Below, one piece after another: positions 1 to 10,130 of a stretch of DNA of 18,283 bases; positions within the stretch are counted from its first letter, which is position 1; the number at the start of each line of letters is the position of its first letter. The DNA comes from Tubiluchus corallicola (taxonomy: Eukaryota; Animalia; Priapulida). The stretch is from assembly GCA_030141605.1 (NCBI GenBank), contig JAQGDQ010000951.1:1-18283 (forward strand). Reading direction: 5' to 3'. The position numbers and the translations under genes were made by a program. The notes under the pieces were generated by a model. It did no database searches. It worked only from the letters and a program-made list of their open reading frames with translations, and was not told the DNA's origin.

Positions 1-2
1 CA

Positions 3-992
3 GTATATGGGATTTTTACCATCACCATCTTGACGAATTCCAGAATATTCTTCATCTACCTGCCTTGCGTAGCCTTTCTGGATATTGTCACTCATGGCCT
101 TCTTATATAGTTCCATGTAATCGCTATCCTTTTCAAATTTCCTTTCCAGCATTAAGAAGTTTCTTAAGGCTACATGCCTGTTGTTAGGCAATTCAGGTGG
201 ATCTTGACGAAATGGAAGCTTAAACTGGTAATGTCCATCAATGACCTGTGCAGAATCAGTAGTAATCTTTAGTGCCTGTGCATCTTCTACTGACATGCCA
301 ACCTTTGCCTGTCTGACTACACCACAGGAATCCATTTCCCAAAACTTTTGAACTTGTTTAAGCAAGATATCACCATCCCCAGTCTTCGTGTAATTGCTAG
401 TGCACTGCAAACTAGTTGATGTTCCTCCCAATATGGACCAGCCCAGCGGACCTCTAACTGCTATGGGTTCATCATTACTACCTGATCTTGTCTCATAGAC
501 TAGAAAACATCGCGTTGCATTTGTGCCTATCATTAGTGTAACCTCATTGATGTCAGCTGTGTAGAACGGAATGGACTTCAAGTGCTCAAAGGTGTTCAGC
601 TCCACCTTTTTTGGACACTTTGTGGCACTCAAATTTAAGCCATTCATAGCTGCTACACTTGGTAATTTGATATACTCATTGCAGTCGATCCCACACACTA
701 GCAAGTCAATTTTCTCAACTTGTCGCTGCTCTTTTCCACACATAGTAGTTATGGACACTGTACCTTTGGAACCTTCAACATTGAGGTATTGCAGAAGCTT
801 TTGCTCACAAAGGCAAGAGCTTGAACAACTGTCCAGCATTGCTAATGTTGTAACAGTTCTACCGTTCAATTCCGACTTAACAGTTACAGGAACAACTTGT
901 AGAAAACAGCCAGGATCGACAAACTGTGTAGAATTACAACTCCTCAATTCTGGTACACAAAGATATCTCAGACTCAGTGACTTCAGCGACCA
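3..992 (-). CDS. BEL/Pao pol, N-terminal part: aspartic protease (DUF1758-like) and region preceding reverse transcriptase; open off the window edge
   Basis: Hand translation from 992 to 3 has no stop: WSLKSLSLRYLCVPELRSCNSTQFVDPGCFLQVVPVTVKSELNGRTVTTLAMLDSCSSSCLCEQKLL...LMIGTNA...AVRGPLGWSILGG...KFWEMDS...YKKAMSDNIQKGYARQV...NPIY. Catalytic Asp codon at 833-831. Probably missing from the ORF track because it has no stop in the window. Confidence 0.88.
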
Positions 993-3110
993 CTACAGTG
1001 CCAGTACCTCCAGAGTGGTCATCGATTTGACTTGGCCCGGCTCCATTTGGCGGATTGTATGAAACACTAGGTGTCTTTGCTGCCCTGCTTGTTGTCGTCT
1101 TTCGGTCATGCCACCACGACCAAACCTCGGTAATGGATGCAACATTTGGTGATGCTTTGTGTGTGTTTTACAGTTTGTGTCTTTGCACTTCATTCCTAGA
1201 GGGCACATCTTCGATCTATGATCTGGCTTAAAGCAATTTATGCAAAGCTTCTTTTTAAAAACAAATTGGAATCTGTCATCGGAAACATTTTTCTTGAAAT
1301 CGGTGCAGTCTTCCAAACTGTGGTCTCTAAGGCACATTGGACATTTGACATTTTGCCTTGCCAATTCGGTGTTGAAGACCTTTGTACTTTTGCTCCTTTC
1401 CATCCTTTTCCCAGAACCACCTCTAGTGGATAATTGTTTGCTGTTCTCAAATATGTCACCGAAGACTGGGTGGTTGCTTGCTTTGGCCTTCTTGCAAACG
1501 AAATACACTAAATCTGCAAATGTGACTTCCTTAATATGATGTGGACTATTAAAGCCATCTTCTTCAGTGAGTGTACTTAACCACTGGCTTCGCCATTGAA
1601 TTGGTAACCACCTCACAATCTTCTTTAAATTATCAGAAGCATTAATATCCGCGTGATAACCTGGACGCCCTAAAGCATCTCGGCAATCAACAAGTTTATC
1701 AGCATAATCTTGAAGCCCTTTCCTGTCACTGACTTTGAACTCTGGTCCATCAATTAACCCATTAATGTATGCTCGGGCTATCACATAAGGAGAGCCAAAA
1801 CGCTCTTCCAAAAGCTTCTTTGCTTTCACGAAGCCTTCACTTGGTTCCAGCGTCACACAGTTTTTAATCAGCTCATAAGCCTTACCAGTTGTATATCGTT
1901 GTAAGAAGTGCAATTTTTCTCCATCGTCGCTGCATTTTGATTCAACATTGGCCTCAAATGAGCATAGAAAACGATGATAATCAGTTGGATCGCCATTAAA
2001 TTCAGTTAGCGCTGATGCAGGTAAAGAAAAACCTCGTTTTATTGCATCTGCCATCTCTCTGATAACATTGTCATTAGATGCAGATGGTGTATTCCTCAGA
2101 TGGGCATCGTCAAGACAGTCATACGTTGCACGTCCTTCTGCAACTTGAGTCCCGTCAACAACACGAGAAGTTGGGTTCACATGAGCGAGTGTGTCTGCAC
2201 TTGTGAATGCACCTGCATACATTGCTGTTTGTCTGGCTTTATCCTGGGAACGGTGGGCAGTTCCATGTACAGGTATCACGTGAGACAAGTGTGAATGCAA
2301 CTCAACTGAATTTGCATCTCTTTCTTCTTCCTGCAAAATTCGCAAACTCTCTGTTGCTATCTTAAAATCAGTCTCTGCTTTAAGTTTTTCACACTCTTGC
2401 TCAATTTTCAACTGTTGTTGTCTTAGCACTTGTTCACTTTGCAACTGTTGTTGTTTTAGCATTTGTTCACCTTGCAACTGTTCAAGTTTTAGTTTTGCTT
2501 TATAGGCATCCACTTTTATTTTAACACTTGAACTCACGCTGCGTCGCGAGTTTGCCTGTGATGAGCGCGTGAGGGCGGATCCATGATCGCTACCCGCTGG
2601 TGCGGGCACTTCAGGTGGCTTGAGTGAATGCAAACGGGCGGATCCATGATCATTACCAGGAGAGGGTGCTGCATGTGGGCTTGGTTGCCATTCCTGTTGT
2701 AGATACGCCTCCACGTTCGCTTGCACAGCACTGTACTCACAGCTTTTGCCATCCATGTACTCACATATTTCATCTAATTCACATTGTTCAGTGAATTGCT
2801 TCAAAGTCTCACAAGTGTTTAGAACCTCCTCATAGGCCTTTGTTAATGAATCTGCCTTTTCCTTTATTAGTTCAAAATCGGCATTCTGTCGTAGTAGTGA
2901 CTTCAAACCATTAATCAGTCTTGTCATGTAGGCCACTTGACCTGACCTAGTTCTTTTTAACTTTTTAATGTTCTCAGACGGCATTAGAAATTGTTGCCAA
3001 TCAGGAATTGCAGTAGTACCCCTGACAATAGATTCAGCTCCCAGTGGGGTACTCTCATCACTAATACTATCTGCTTGCTGAGAAAGTTCCTTCTTTCCAC
3101 ACTGTGACAT
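993..3110 (-). CDS. BEL/Pao gag-like protein (coiled-coil N-terminus, DUF1759-like capsid region, three Zn knuckles)
   Basis: Part of ORF 993..3185. First ATG is at 3110 (MSQCGKK); the track start at 3185 is a TTG. Contains KRTRSG and the motifs listed for the element; ends at TAG 995-993. Confidence 0.88.
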   Translation of the reverse strand: MSQCGKKELSQQADSISDESTPLGAESIVRGTTAIPDWQQFLMPSENIKKLKRTRSGQVAYMTRLINGLKSLLRQNADFELIKEKADSLTKAYEEVLNTCETLKQFTEQCELDEICEYMDGKSCEYSAVQANVEAYLQQEWQPSPHAAPSPGNDHGSARLHSLKPPEVPAPAGSDHGSALTRSSQANSRRSVSSSVKIKVDAYKAKLKLEQLQGEQMLKQQQLQSEQVLRQQQLKIEQECEKLKAETDFKIATESLRILQEEERDANSVELHSHLSHVIPVHGTAHRSQDKARQTAMYAGAFTSADTLAHVNPTSRVVDGTQVAEGRATYDCLDDAHLRNTPSASNDNVIREMADAIKRGFSLPASALTEFNGDPTDYHRFLCSFEANVESKCSDDGEKLHFLQRYTTGKAYELIKNCVTLEPSEGFVKAKKLLEERFGSPYVIARAYINGLIDGPEFKVSDRKGLQDYADKLVDCRDALGRPGYHADINASDNLKKIVRWLPIQWRSQWLSTLTEEDGFNSPHHIKEVTFADLVYFVCKKAKASNHPVFGDIFENSKQLSTRGGSGKRMERSKSTKVFNTELARQNVKCPMCLRDHSLEDCTDFKKNVSDDRFQFVFKKKLCINCFKPDHRSKMCPLGMKCKDTNCKTHTKHHQMLHPLPRFGRGGMTERRQQAGQQRHLVFHTIRQMEPGQVKSMTTLEVLAL

Positions 3111-3253
3111 TATTATTTCCACACAGCAGTCTAAAGTTTTACAGCAACGTAGCAGTAGTTGTCCTACAATCAGTGTTAACAGCAAAGTAGGTCAAGCTCA
3201 GAGTTGTGTACCTGTATAGGCTACAGCATGGCTTCTAATCCTCCACAGTTCAC

Positions 3254-3546
3254 TGTTGTAAAAAATTAACTTTCCACAGCAAATGTCAGCATAATAGTTT
3301 AGTCAGGTTAATGCTGTAGTCACAGAAAACACTGTAAACAGAGGTTAATACCACTGAATGCTTTATTAACATAATTAGTATGTTCGGTATAACATAAATG
3401 TTCAACAGCTCCCATAATAACAGACAGGTGACTAGCAGGTAACAAACAGAAAAGCTGGCCAAAACCAAAAGCTTTACATTCACGTCACAGATGGCGCCTC
3501 GTGCACGATAAGTAAGATTAACAAAAAGAAAGCTAAGTCTGCTACA
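3254..3546 (-). repeat. Candidate 5' LTR of the BEL/Pao element (~293 bp)
   Basis: On the minus strand it starts TGTAGC (3546) and ends ACAACA (3254), i.e. TGT...ACA termini. Contains GGCGCCATCT near its start and AATAAA (plus-strand TTTATT 3362-3367); lies ~140 bp upstream of the gag ATG. The second LTR and TSD are outside the window, so boundaries are inferred. Confidence 0.55.
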
Positions 3547-6119
3547 ACTCGCTTTAAAGAATTGCTGTTTCTTACCGAATTACACAGATTAAATCTCCCA
3601 GCATTTTTCCGAGACGTCAACCACTTCTAAATGTCCATATCATTTACTGCAGAAACAGTGACAATGACAATAACAACAGCAAAAAATTCGTCAACAACAA
3701 AAATATCATTTACAACAACAGCAACAACAAACAATATTGCGCAAACGTTAAAGTTTATAACAATTTGCAGAAGTCTTGGTACTTTCACTCATTGTACGAA
3801 ATCTGACTTTCGTTTAACTAAGATGCTGTGAAGAGGCTGCAACGCAACGGTAAACATGGCGAAACCTGAAAGAAAAAAGTTTATATTCTTAAACTTGGCT
3901 TTGTGCATTCTATTTAACTTCTCAAACTTTATTTCTGCTCGAATTTTGTGTTAAACATCTCTGAGCTCCCCCAGCCCATCAAGCTTTGGTAACATTTGGT
4001 CGAAAAAAACCTGTTCTTTCACTTTGGTTGTGTCCAAACCTATGCTTATATTGTTTGCAATAAATGGTATAATAGTAGTATTTCTTTAAGAATTTTTTGT
4101 TGAAAAACAAAATGTAGCTATTCTAGTGAGGGTTAAACAATTTGTAATTTTTCTTCTAAATTATGTAAATCTCGCTAAAGTATGTCTCGTGTAAAAATAT
4201 TCAAGACACGTGCAGAACAAGTTAGACAGTGGCTCCGTCTGAGGGAGCCCAATAAATTCATTAACCTACGGGCCCCAAAAATTCATAATCTGGCTCTTCT
4301 GCAAATTAAGTACTGTTTAAGGCTGTATACCAGAAAATGAAAAATACACATTGACCTTGACTCAATGGTATAAGGTCACAGAATGCTTTATTATATCAGA
4401 AATTATTTCTGCAGCCCAAAAACGACATGCAGAAAACTTGGAGAGTGCGATTAAGCACAGTGTTGGGACTCTACTGTGATGGAGAGGCTGGAAACACAGA
4501 CGTTTAAATATTAAAATTTTTAACCAGAGTATTGAAAAACAAAGCCAAAAATGAATAAATGCTGTAATTATCATAATTAGAGCTAATAAGTAATTAACAA
4601 TGTGTCACAAAGAAATTGAAAACACTGTGAGATTTGACGCAAGCTTAGAGTTAAAGGAAAGGTCAAGCTTTCTGGGAAGTTAGACTTATTTCAATTTTCG
4701 TAAAAATGTTAGAAGAAATTAGTAATAAAAGTGTGATAAGTGCCCTCATGTAATTAGTAAAATAACTTTAAAAATGCAAAAATTTCACGCTTGGGAACTT
4801 CCATTTTGAATGAAAATTCTTCCACCAGTGACGTCATTCGTTAATTGAAGAAAAGCAGCAGTGTGATAATTCTGTTGAAAGTATAAAATAAAATTTACAA
4901 AATAAATTAGTTATTTAATTAATGATATTTTTTCTTGATTAGGTAAGCTGCAGCATTATTTTAAATTCAGCGCACCTACGGAAAGTAACGATGCACCTTA
5001 AAAAGTCAAAAAGCCACCAGTTCCGTCAAAATATTCGCAGCTACCACTGCAAATTAACATTTCTATTTAGCGGTAGTGTAAATTAATTTTATTATTTATA
5101 GATAGTTTTTTGCAAATTTCGTTTTTATATCTTTCTAAGTTTAAGTTGTAACCGTAAACCAAACCTGCTAAGTGGACTGCCAAAAAGTTGATTGGCGCTA
5201 TGGCGAGGTTGGCATTATTAATGGTGAGTTATAATGAAGTTAGATTAAACATAATTTATTATAGGATCTAATCAGTCAGTTTAAAAAACAAAAACACTCA
5301 CAGCAAGAATTGTCTACAGCTACACAAGTTGACAAGTTTTACTACAAGATTATATTAGATATTAGAAACAAATGCCAGTTAAAAATATCAATGTACGAAT
5401 ATTTAAGACTGACGTATTTCATATCAGATCCAGGAAGCGCTTAGTACGAAATATAAAGTCATGTTTACATTGGAATATTTTACAGTTAACATAATTAAAT
5501 TCATCTCTTCCAAATAATAACAACTTCTACAGATCATTAGTTCCTAAGGCAGTTATATTGAGGCTTTCAGGCAGAAGTACTTGATTTAGTTTATCAAACA
5601 TTTAGTTTAGCAAACATAACAACCCTAATCTGTTGACACAATGGACAGTGCAACAAAAAGTGTTTCACAGAACAGCTTATGAGGTTTGATTGTAGCGGCA
5701 AAACCCAAAAAAATTGTTTTAAATTATTTTAAATGTCTTTCCGAGCAATGTAAGTTTAAAAATGCTTTCGTAAAATGCTAGAAATTATTTAGAGGTCATT
5801 CGCTTAGAAATAGAGCTGCTTTTCTTTAGTTGTTACAGATGAGCAAACATGGCTTTCACGACAAACAGTTATTGAGAAAAAGATTTATTAAAAGAAGAAA
5901 ACTGTGGCTTGCAATTGGTGCCAGAAAAGTTTCCTAAAAATATCTAAACGTTGCAAAGTTTTTTTAAAAATAAGAACACTAAAAATGTTTATTTAGGAAA
6001 GCTCTCATATACAAGGCTGGTCGATACCCTGTAGTTCTCACGCTGCTAAAACTGCTTTGGAATGTGCTGAACCACTTCAAATAAGGAGATTACTCTAATC
6101 TTGCTTTGTTCGGGGGCGC

Positions 6120-6700
6120 TACCTGTGGTTCAGGTAAATACTTCACAAGGCTTATAATTGAGGTGCTTTCTTGTGTGCAGAAAGCATGGCTCAAGTGGTC
6201 AAAAGTGGTGGTCATTATCGGCGCTTTTTCAGAATTGTTGAAGACTATTAAAATCTTTCTTTGTGTAAGGGAATACAACCTGCCGCTCAGGTAAATACTT
6301 AACAAGATTTATAATTACGCTGCTTTCTTGTGTGCAGAGAGCATGCCTCAAGTGGTCAAAAGTGGTGGTCATTATCGGCGTTTTTTCAGAATTGTTGAAG
6401 ATTAAAATCTTTCTTTGTGTGAGGGGATACAACCTGCCGCTCAGCTAAATACTTAACAAGGTCTATAATTACGCTGCTTCCTTGTGTGCAGAGAGCATGC
6501 CTCAAGTGGCCAAAAGTGGTGGTCATTATTTTCAGCATTTTTCTAACAAAACTGAACTCCAGGCGAGATTGTTGAAGATTATAATCTTTCTTTGTGTGCA
6601 GGGCATGAACCGCGCACTTAACTCAAACACGTCACAGGATTTGTAAAATCATTATAAGCTGCTCTTTGAGTGAGGAGAGCACCACAGGTGGTCAGTAATT
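6120..6700. repeat. Tandem repeat, ~155-bp unit, three good copies plus a degenerate fourth
   Basis: CAG(G/C)TAAATACTT at 6131, 6288 and 6442 (periods 157 and 154). Shared blocks CTTGTGTGCAGA(A/G)AGCATG(G/C)CTCAAGTGG(T/C)CAAAAGTGGTGGTCATTAT and ATTGTTGAAGA...AATCTTTCTTTGTGT. The third unit is ~20 bp longer around 6530-6570. Confidence 0.9.
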
Positions 6701-7149
6701 TGGCCTTTTGTGTTATTTTAAGTTCTTTTCTAATCATCGCAGCTTTGAGAGGCAATGATGAAGTAAACTGACCATACGCATCACTTCCTGTCAAGATTTT
6801 GAAAACATTAATGAAAACTCAAGTACATATTAGTCTTTAATGACGAGTAGCTTTCGTGGAATGAAAGTAAAGATTGCAATATTCTATCAAAAAGGCAGTA
6901 CTGCTGATGTGCGTGACGTGCGCAAAATGAAAATGTAAAGTCTAACATTGACTTCATATTTGATTTCATAAATGACTCAGTTTAATCGGTGAACTTAAAT
7001 TACAAACAAAATTTTAGAAAGTTTGCAAATTAGTAAAGCATGACACTGTCATACTGACAAAATAATTTATAACATTCTCTAAATTGACTTTAAACAGACT
7101 AATTAATTAAGCGTAGTTATTGCTAAATAATTATACGCAATATATAAAT

Positions 7150-7156
<7 letters not shown>

Positions 7157-7232
<76 letters not shown>

Positions 7233-7233
7233 T
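7157..7233. repeat. (TA)n microsatellite
   Basis: About 35 perfect TA units at 7157-7226, then CATATAT. Confidence 0.98.
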
Positions 7234-7754
7234 GAAGAAAACGTTCTGCCACCGCACTATGTATAGATTGTTTGTGCGTGAGACCTCAAGCATTTTGACA
7301 ATTCTTCTAATCCATTAATTATGTTTACTGTTTAATTCTGACATACACACTTCATCTTCACTTCCGTGTCTTCTTAAAATTTCATATTCATCAGCTTCAA
7401 GCTTAAGTACATGTACAGCAAAAGTGGCCGCCATATTTTAAATTGAAGAATGCCCAAAAAATGTGAAATTTCCTCAATAGATCGTTAGAAAAATCACTTT
7501 GCAGAGTAATTTTTAACTCAACTTGGTCGTCTAACGGTTAAAGTGTTACGTAAAGCTTCCGTAATATAATTATGTAGTACTGTGTATCTTTTGCCCTGCA
7601 ATTAGAGGGTCTCTTTTGAAATAAATTTCTAGATAAAGATATAGTAATAACAATGTAATCTAATTCTTTTAATGATTAGAAACAGGAGATGACAGTACTG
7701 GGAATTGTTTAAATTTTTGAAGGGTGGTGAAACACGACTAACCATAAAGTAGGC

Positions 7755-7873
7755 ACTGATAATGTTTACATTTCGCTGCACGAATCGGTTATGCGATTCT
7801 GAAAAACTAATCCGTGTTTACATTAAACTGCTAAACGTTTTCGGTTGGTCTGCATTGTAAACATGTTATTAGT
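7755..7873. mobile_element. Small MITE-like element with TGTTTACA terminal inverted repeats
   Basis: Left ACTGATAATGTTTACA (7755-7770); the right end reverse-complements to ACTAATAACATGTTTACA (7873-7856). A further TGTTTACAT lies inside at ~7815. TSD not clear. Confidence 0.45.
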
Positions 7874-8103
7874 TGAAATGTTATTATGTGTGTTGACGTC
7901 ACAAACATTTTAAAAAGATTTTTTAATTCACTCATTCACTGTTATTATGGTGCTTCACTACAAGCACGACAAGTATCTCAGCTCACCCACGCTGCTCCTG
8001 AGACACCAGCAGAGACACCTGATGGTATGAATTTTGACGGATGACTTGTATGATGAACTGGGCTTTCGGAAGGTTGGGGCAGCTAAAACGATTTTGATTA
8101 TTT

Positions 8104-8235
8104 TATTGTAAACTAAGAATAAAACCAGCTTCAAGATGGACCACTGGGGAACACCATAATAACATTAACAGCTCATTCGAAGTGAAGTTTTTGCATCTGG
8201 CACATTATTTGCGATATTTAATAGCTATTCAATCA
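8104..8235 (-). pseudogene. Decayed non-LTR retrotransposon (CR1/L2/Jockey-type) reverse transcriptase fragment
   Basis: Minus strand reads YGVPQWSILKLVLFLVYNK (GVPQ at 8155-8144), a degenerate GVPQGSILGPLLFLIYIND motif. It is preceded in shifted frames by SY..KYRK*CARCKNFTSNELL, resembling SYLSNRKQxV...S. Confidence 0.6.
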
Positions 8236-8502
8236 AGAATCTGTGACCCCTTTAAAGGGCAGAAGATAATTTCTGACAAGATGATGAAAATGTCTGTAGA
8301 TGTCTAGTGACCAGGCGCTTGAGTTTACCGGTAGCTGCTTTGTTTAGAAAATTACCTATGCAGAACACTCCACCAGCTAGAAAAAATAAGCGGCATGCTT
8401 TGAGGGATTAGCATCTTTTTCAAGTGATGGAATTAAAGGTGATAGTAATCTCCGTCTTCATCCTTAAATGTCATTACCCTAACACTGCGCTCAAGTACAC
8501 TG

Positions 8503-8814
<312 letters not shown>

Positions 8815-8986
8815 ACAGCAAAATTAGGCGGTTTGTACTTTTGCGGAAGCCATACCACTAATTAGCACCCCCGAATTATCGACATTATAGACGAAAAAAT
8901 CGAATGGGGATTTTGGAACTTTTTGCTTATTTTTGCATCTGTCAGTTGTGAGTCCATCCTTTCACCTTTGCTGTTACATCATTTAC

Positions 8987-9145
8987 AGGTAAAAATGACA
9001 CAGGAAAAAATGTCACGGGTAAGAATGGCACAGGAAATATGGCACAAATGGAAAAGTGTGTAAAAAGCTTAGGAAAAAAATTCCACAGGAAAATTGGCAC
9101 AGTAAAAATGGCACAAGAAAATATGCACAGGAGAAAATGCCACTT
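8987..9145. repeat. Degenerate ~15-bp tandem sub-repeat (GGTAAAAATGGCACA-like), inverse of the 10131-11070 minisatellite unit
   Basis: GGTAAAAATGACACA, GGAAAAAATGTCACG, GGTAAGAATGGCACA, GGAAATATGGCACA, then AATGGAAAAGTGTGTAAAAA, then GGAAAATTGGCACA, GTAAAAATGGCACA and further copies. Confidence 0.75.
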
Positions 9146-9200
9146 TTAGTAAAAACTGAGAGTAAGTTTAGAGTTACAGTGGGGAATAATTATTTTAGTT

Positions 9201-9330
9201 ATTTTTACCTCTGACAAGGAAGTTATGCTTCAACACAGTCTGTTTGTTGTCTGTTTTATCAGTAAGCTAATTGCGCAGAAACTACCTAATAAATTTCCAC
9301 AAAACTTGTGGAGAAGGGAATATAGGGCAG
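9201..9330 (+). mobile_element. Degenerate 5' part of a Helentron-associated non-autonomous element (HINE / DINE-1-like)
   Basis: ATTTTTACCTCTGACAAGGAAGTTATG, a short GTCTGTTTGTTGTCTGT microsatellite, then GCGCAGAAACTAC...ATTTCCACAAAACTTG. This order matches my recollection of animal HINE-type elements (TTTTACCTCCGCCAAGGAGGTTATG...GTCTGTTTG...AAAACTAC...ATTTCCACGAAACTTG). No 3' stem-loop identified. Confidence 0.55.
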
Positions 9331-9469
9331 CAAAATGGGTGTTTTCTCGCCGTTTTTTTCGCAAAACATTTGCGAAAGTTGCAAAATAAAAAAAATTTCA
9401 AAGCAAAATTAAAAAAGAAATTATTAATCAAATTATTGCACATAATTGAAAAGCAGAAAGCGAGAAAAT

Positions 9470-9507
9470 AAGGGAGGGAGAATGAAGGGGAGGGAGAGAG
9501 ATGCGAG

Positions 9508-9541
<34 letters not shown>

Positions 9542-9775
9542 AGAGAGAGAGAACAGTGAGAAAAAGTGAGTGGAAAAAAGAAAGGTAGAGAGAGAGAGAA
9601 GAGTGACGGGAAGAGATAGAGACAGAGGGGGAGAGACAGAAGGAGAGCAGGAGAGAACGAGGAGAGATTTACGAGGGAAAAAAGATAGAGAGAGAAGACG
9701 GGTGAGGCAGATAAGGAGGGAAAGAAGGATTGAGAGAGGAAGAGAGTGAGAGGATGAGAGAGGGATGAAGGTAAA
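9470..9775. repeat. (GA)n / purine-rich low-complexity tract
   Basis: Almost all A/G, with perfect GA at ~9511-9538. Confidence 0.92.
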
Positions 9776-10130
9776 CAGAAAGAATTAAACAGCAGGAAAA
9801 TTGAAGGCTATATCCTACTAAAATACTTAACGTATAAAAATCTTAACTTGAGTTTTCGGTTAAAAGATCTTACAGGGAAATGTTTTCTGGGAATGGTTTT
9901 TCTGTAAAAAAAGTTTCTTGATAACACTTATTCTGGGAAATGTACCTGAGCAGCATGAACATTACTTAATCTCTTGAATAGCAGTTTCATTTTGCTTGCT
10001 TCAATCTGCTTTGCAAGAACACTTCATTTGAAAGTGAGCCTCTTACGTCGTCTATTGTAATTTACGTGTTGCATTATAGTTATATTAATTTCTTTTTTAT
10101 TACTGGAATTATATATGTCAAAGCAACACA

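Larger units (their letters stand above)
1..3546 (-). mobile_element. BEL/Pao-family LTR retrotransposon, 5' portion (LTR-gag-protease-start of pol); continues beyond the left edge
   Basis: Minus-strand translation shows the BEL/Pao layout: DUF1759-like gag segment (FNGDPTDYHRFLCSF...KLHFLQRYTTGKAYELI...LLEERFG), three Cys-His motifs (CPMCLRDHSLEDC, CINCFKPDHRSKMC, CKDTNCKTHTKHHQMLH), a protease segment (LQVVPVTV...AMLDSCS) and pre-RT motifs (GPLGWSILG, KFWEMDS, SVEDAQA, GHYQFKLPF, LPNNRHVA, KGYA). Confidence 0.92.

Noticed and set aside
571-2773. Short ORFs overlapping the retrotransposon (571..1062, 1218..1433, 1238..1459, 1240..1539, 2100..2294, 2534..2773)
   Set aside because: Antisense or alternate-frame shadows of gag-pol with no recognisable motifs.
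3576-3831. Thr-rich ORF 3631..3831 and a possible minus-strand exon at ~3576-3646
   Set aside because: The ORF is (ACA)n low-complexity sequence, and the candidate exon has stops in all three frames.
4228-4300. hAT-type MITE remnant (GGGCCCC...TAATCTGGCTCT)
   Set aside because: Resembles a common MITE end but is too degenerate, with no matching TIR or TSD.
6131-6445. Repeated 47-nt mini-introns (CAG|GTAAAT...TTCTTGTGTGCAG|) in the 155-bp repeat
   Set aside because: The resulting 110- and 107-nt exons do not keep frame and hit a stop; the third donor is CT rather than GT.
7370-7404. Minimal hammerhead ribozyme on the minus strand (CTGATGA-ATAT-GAAA)
   Set aside because: Stem II is too short and no stem I pairing is possible.
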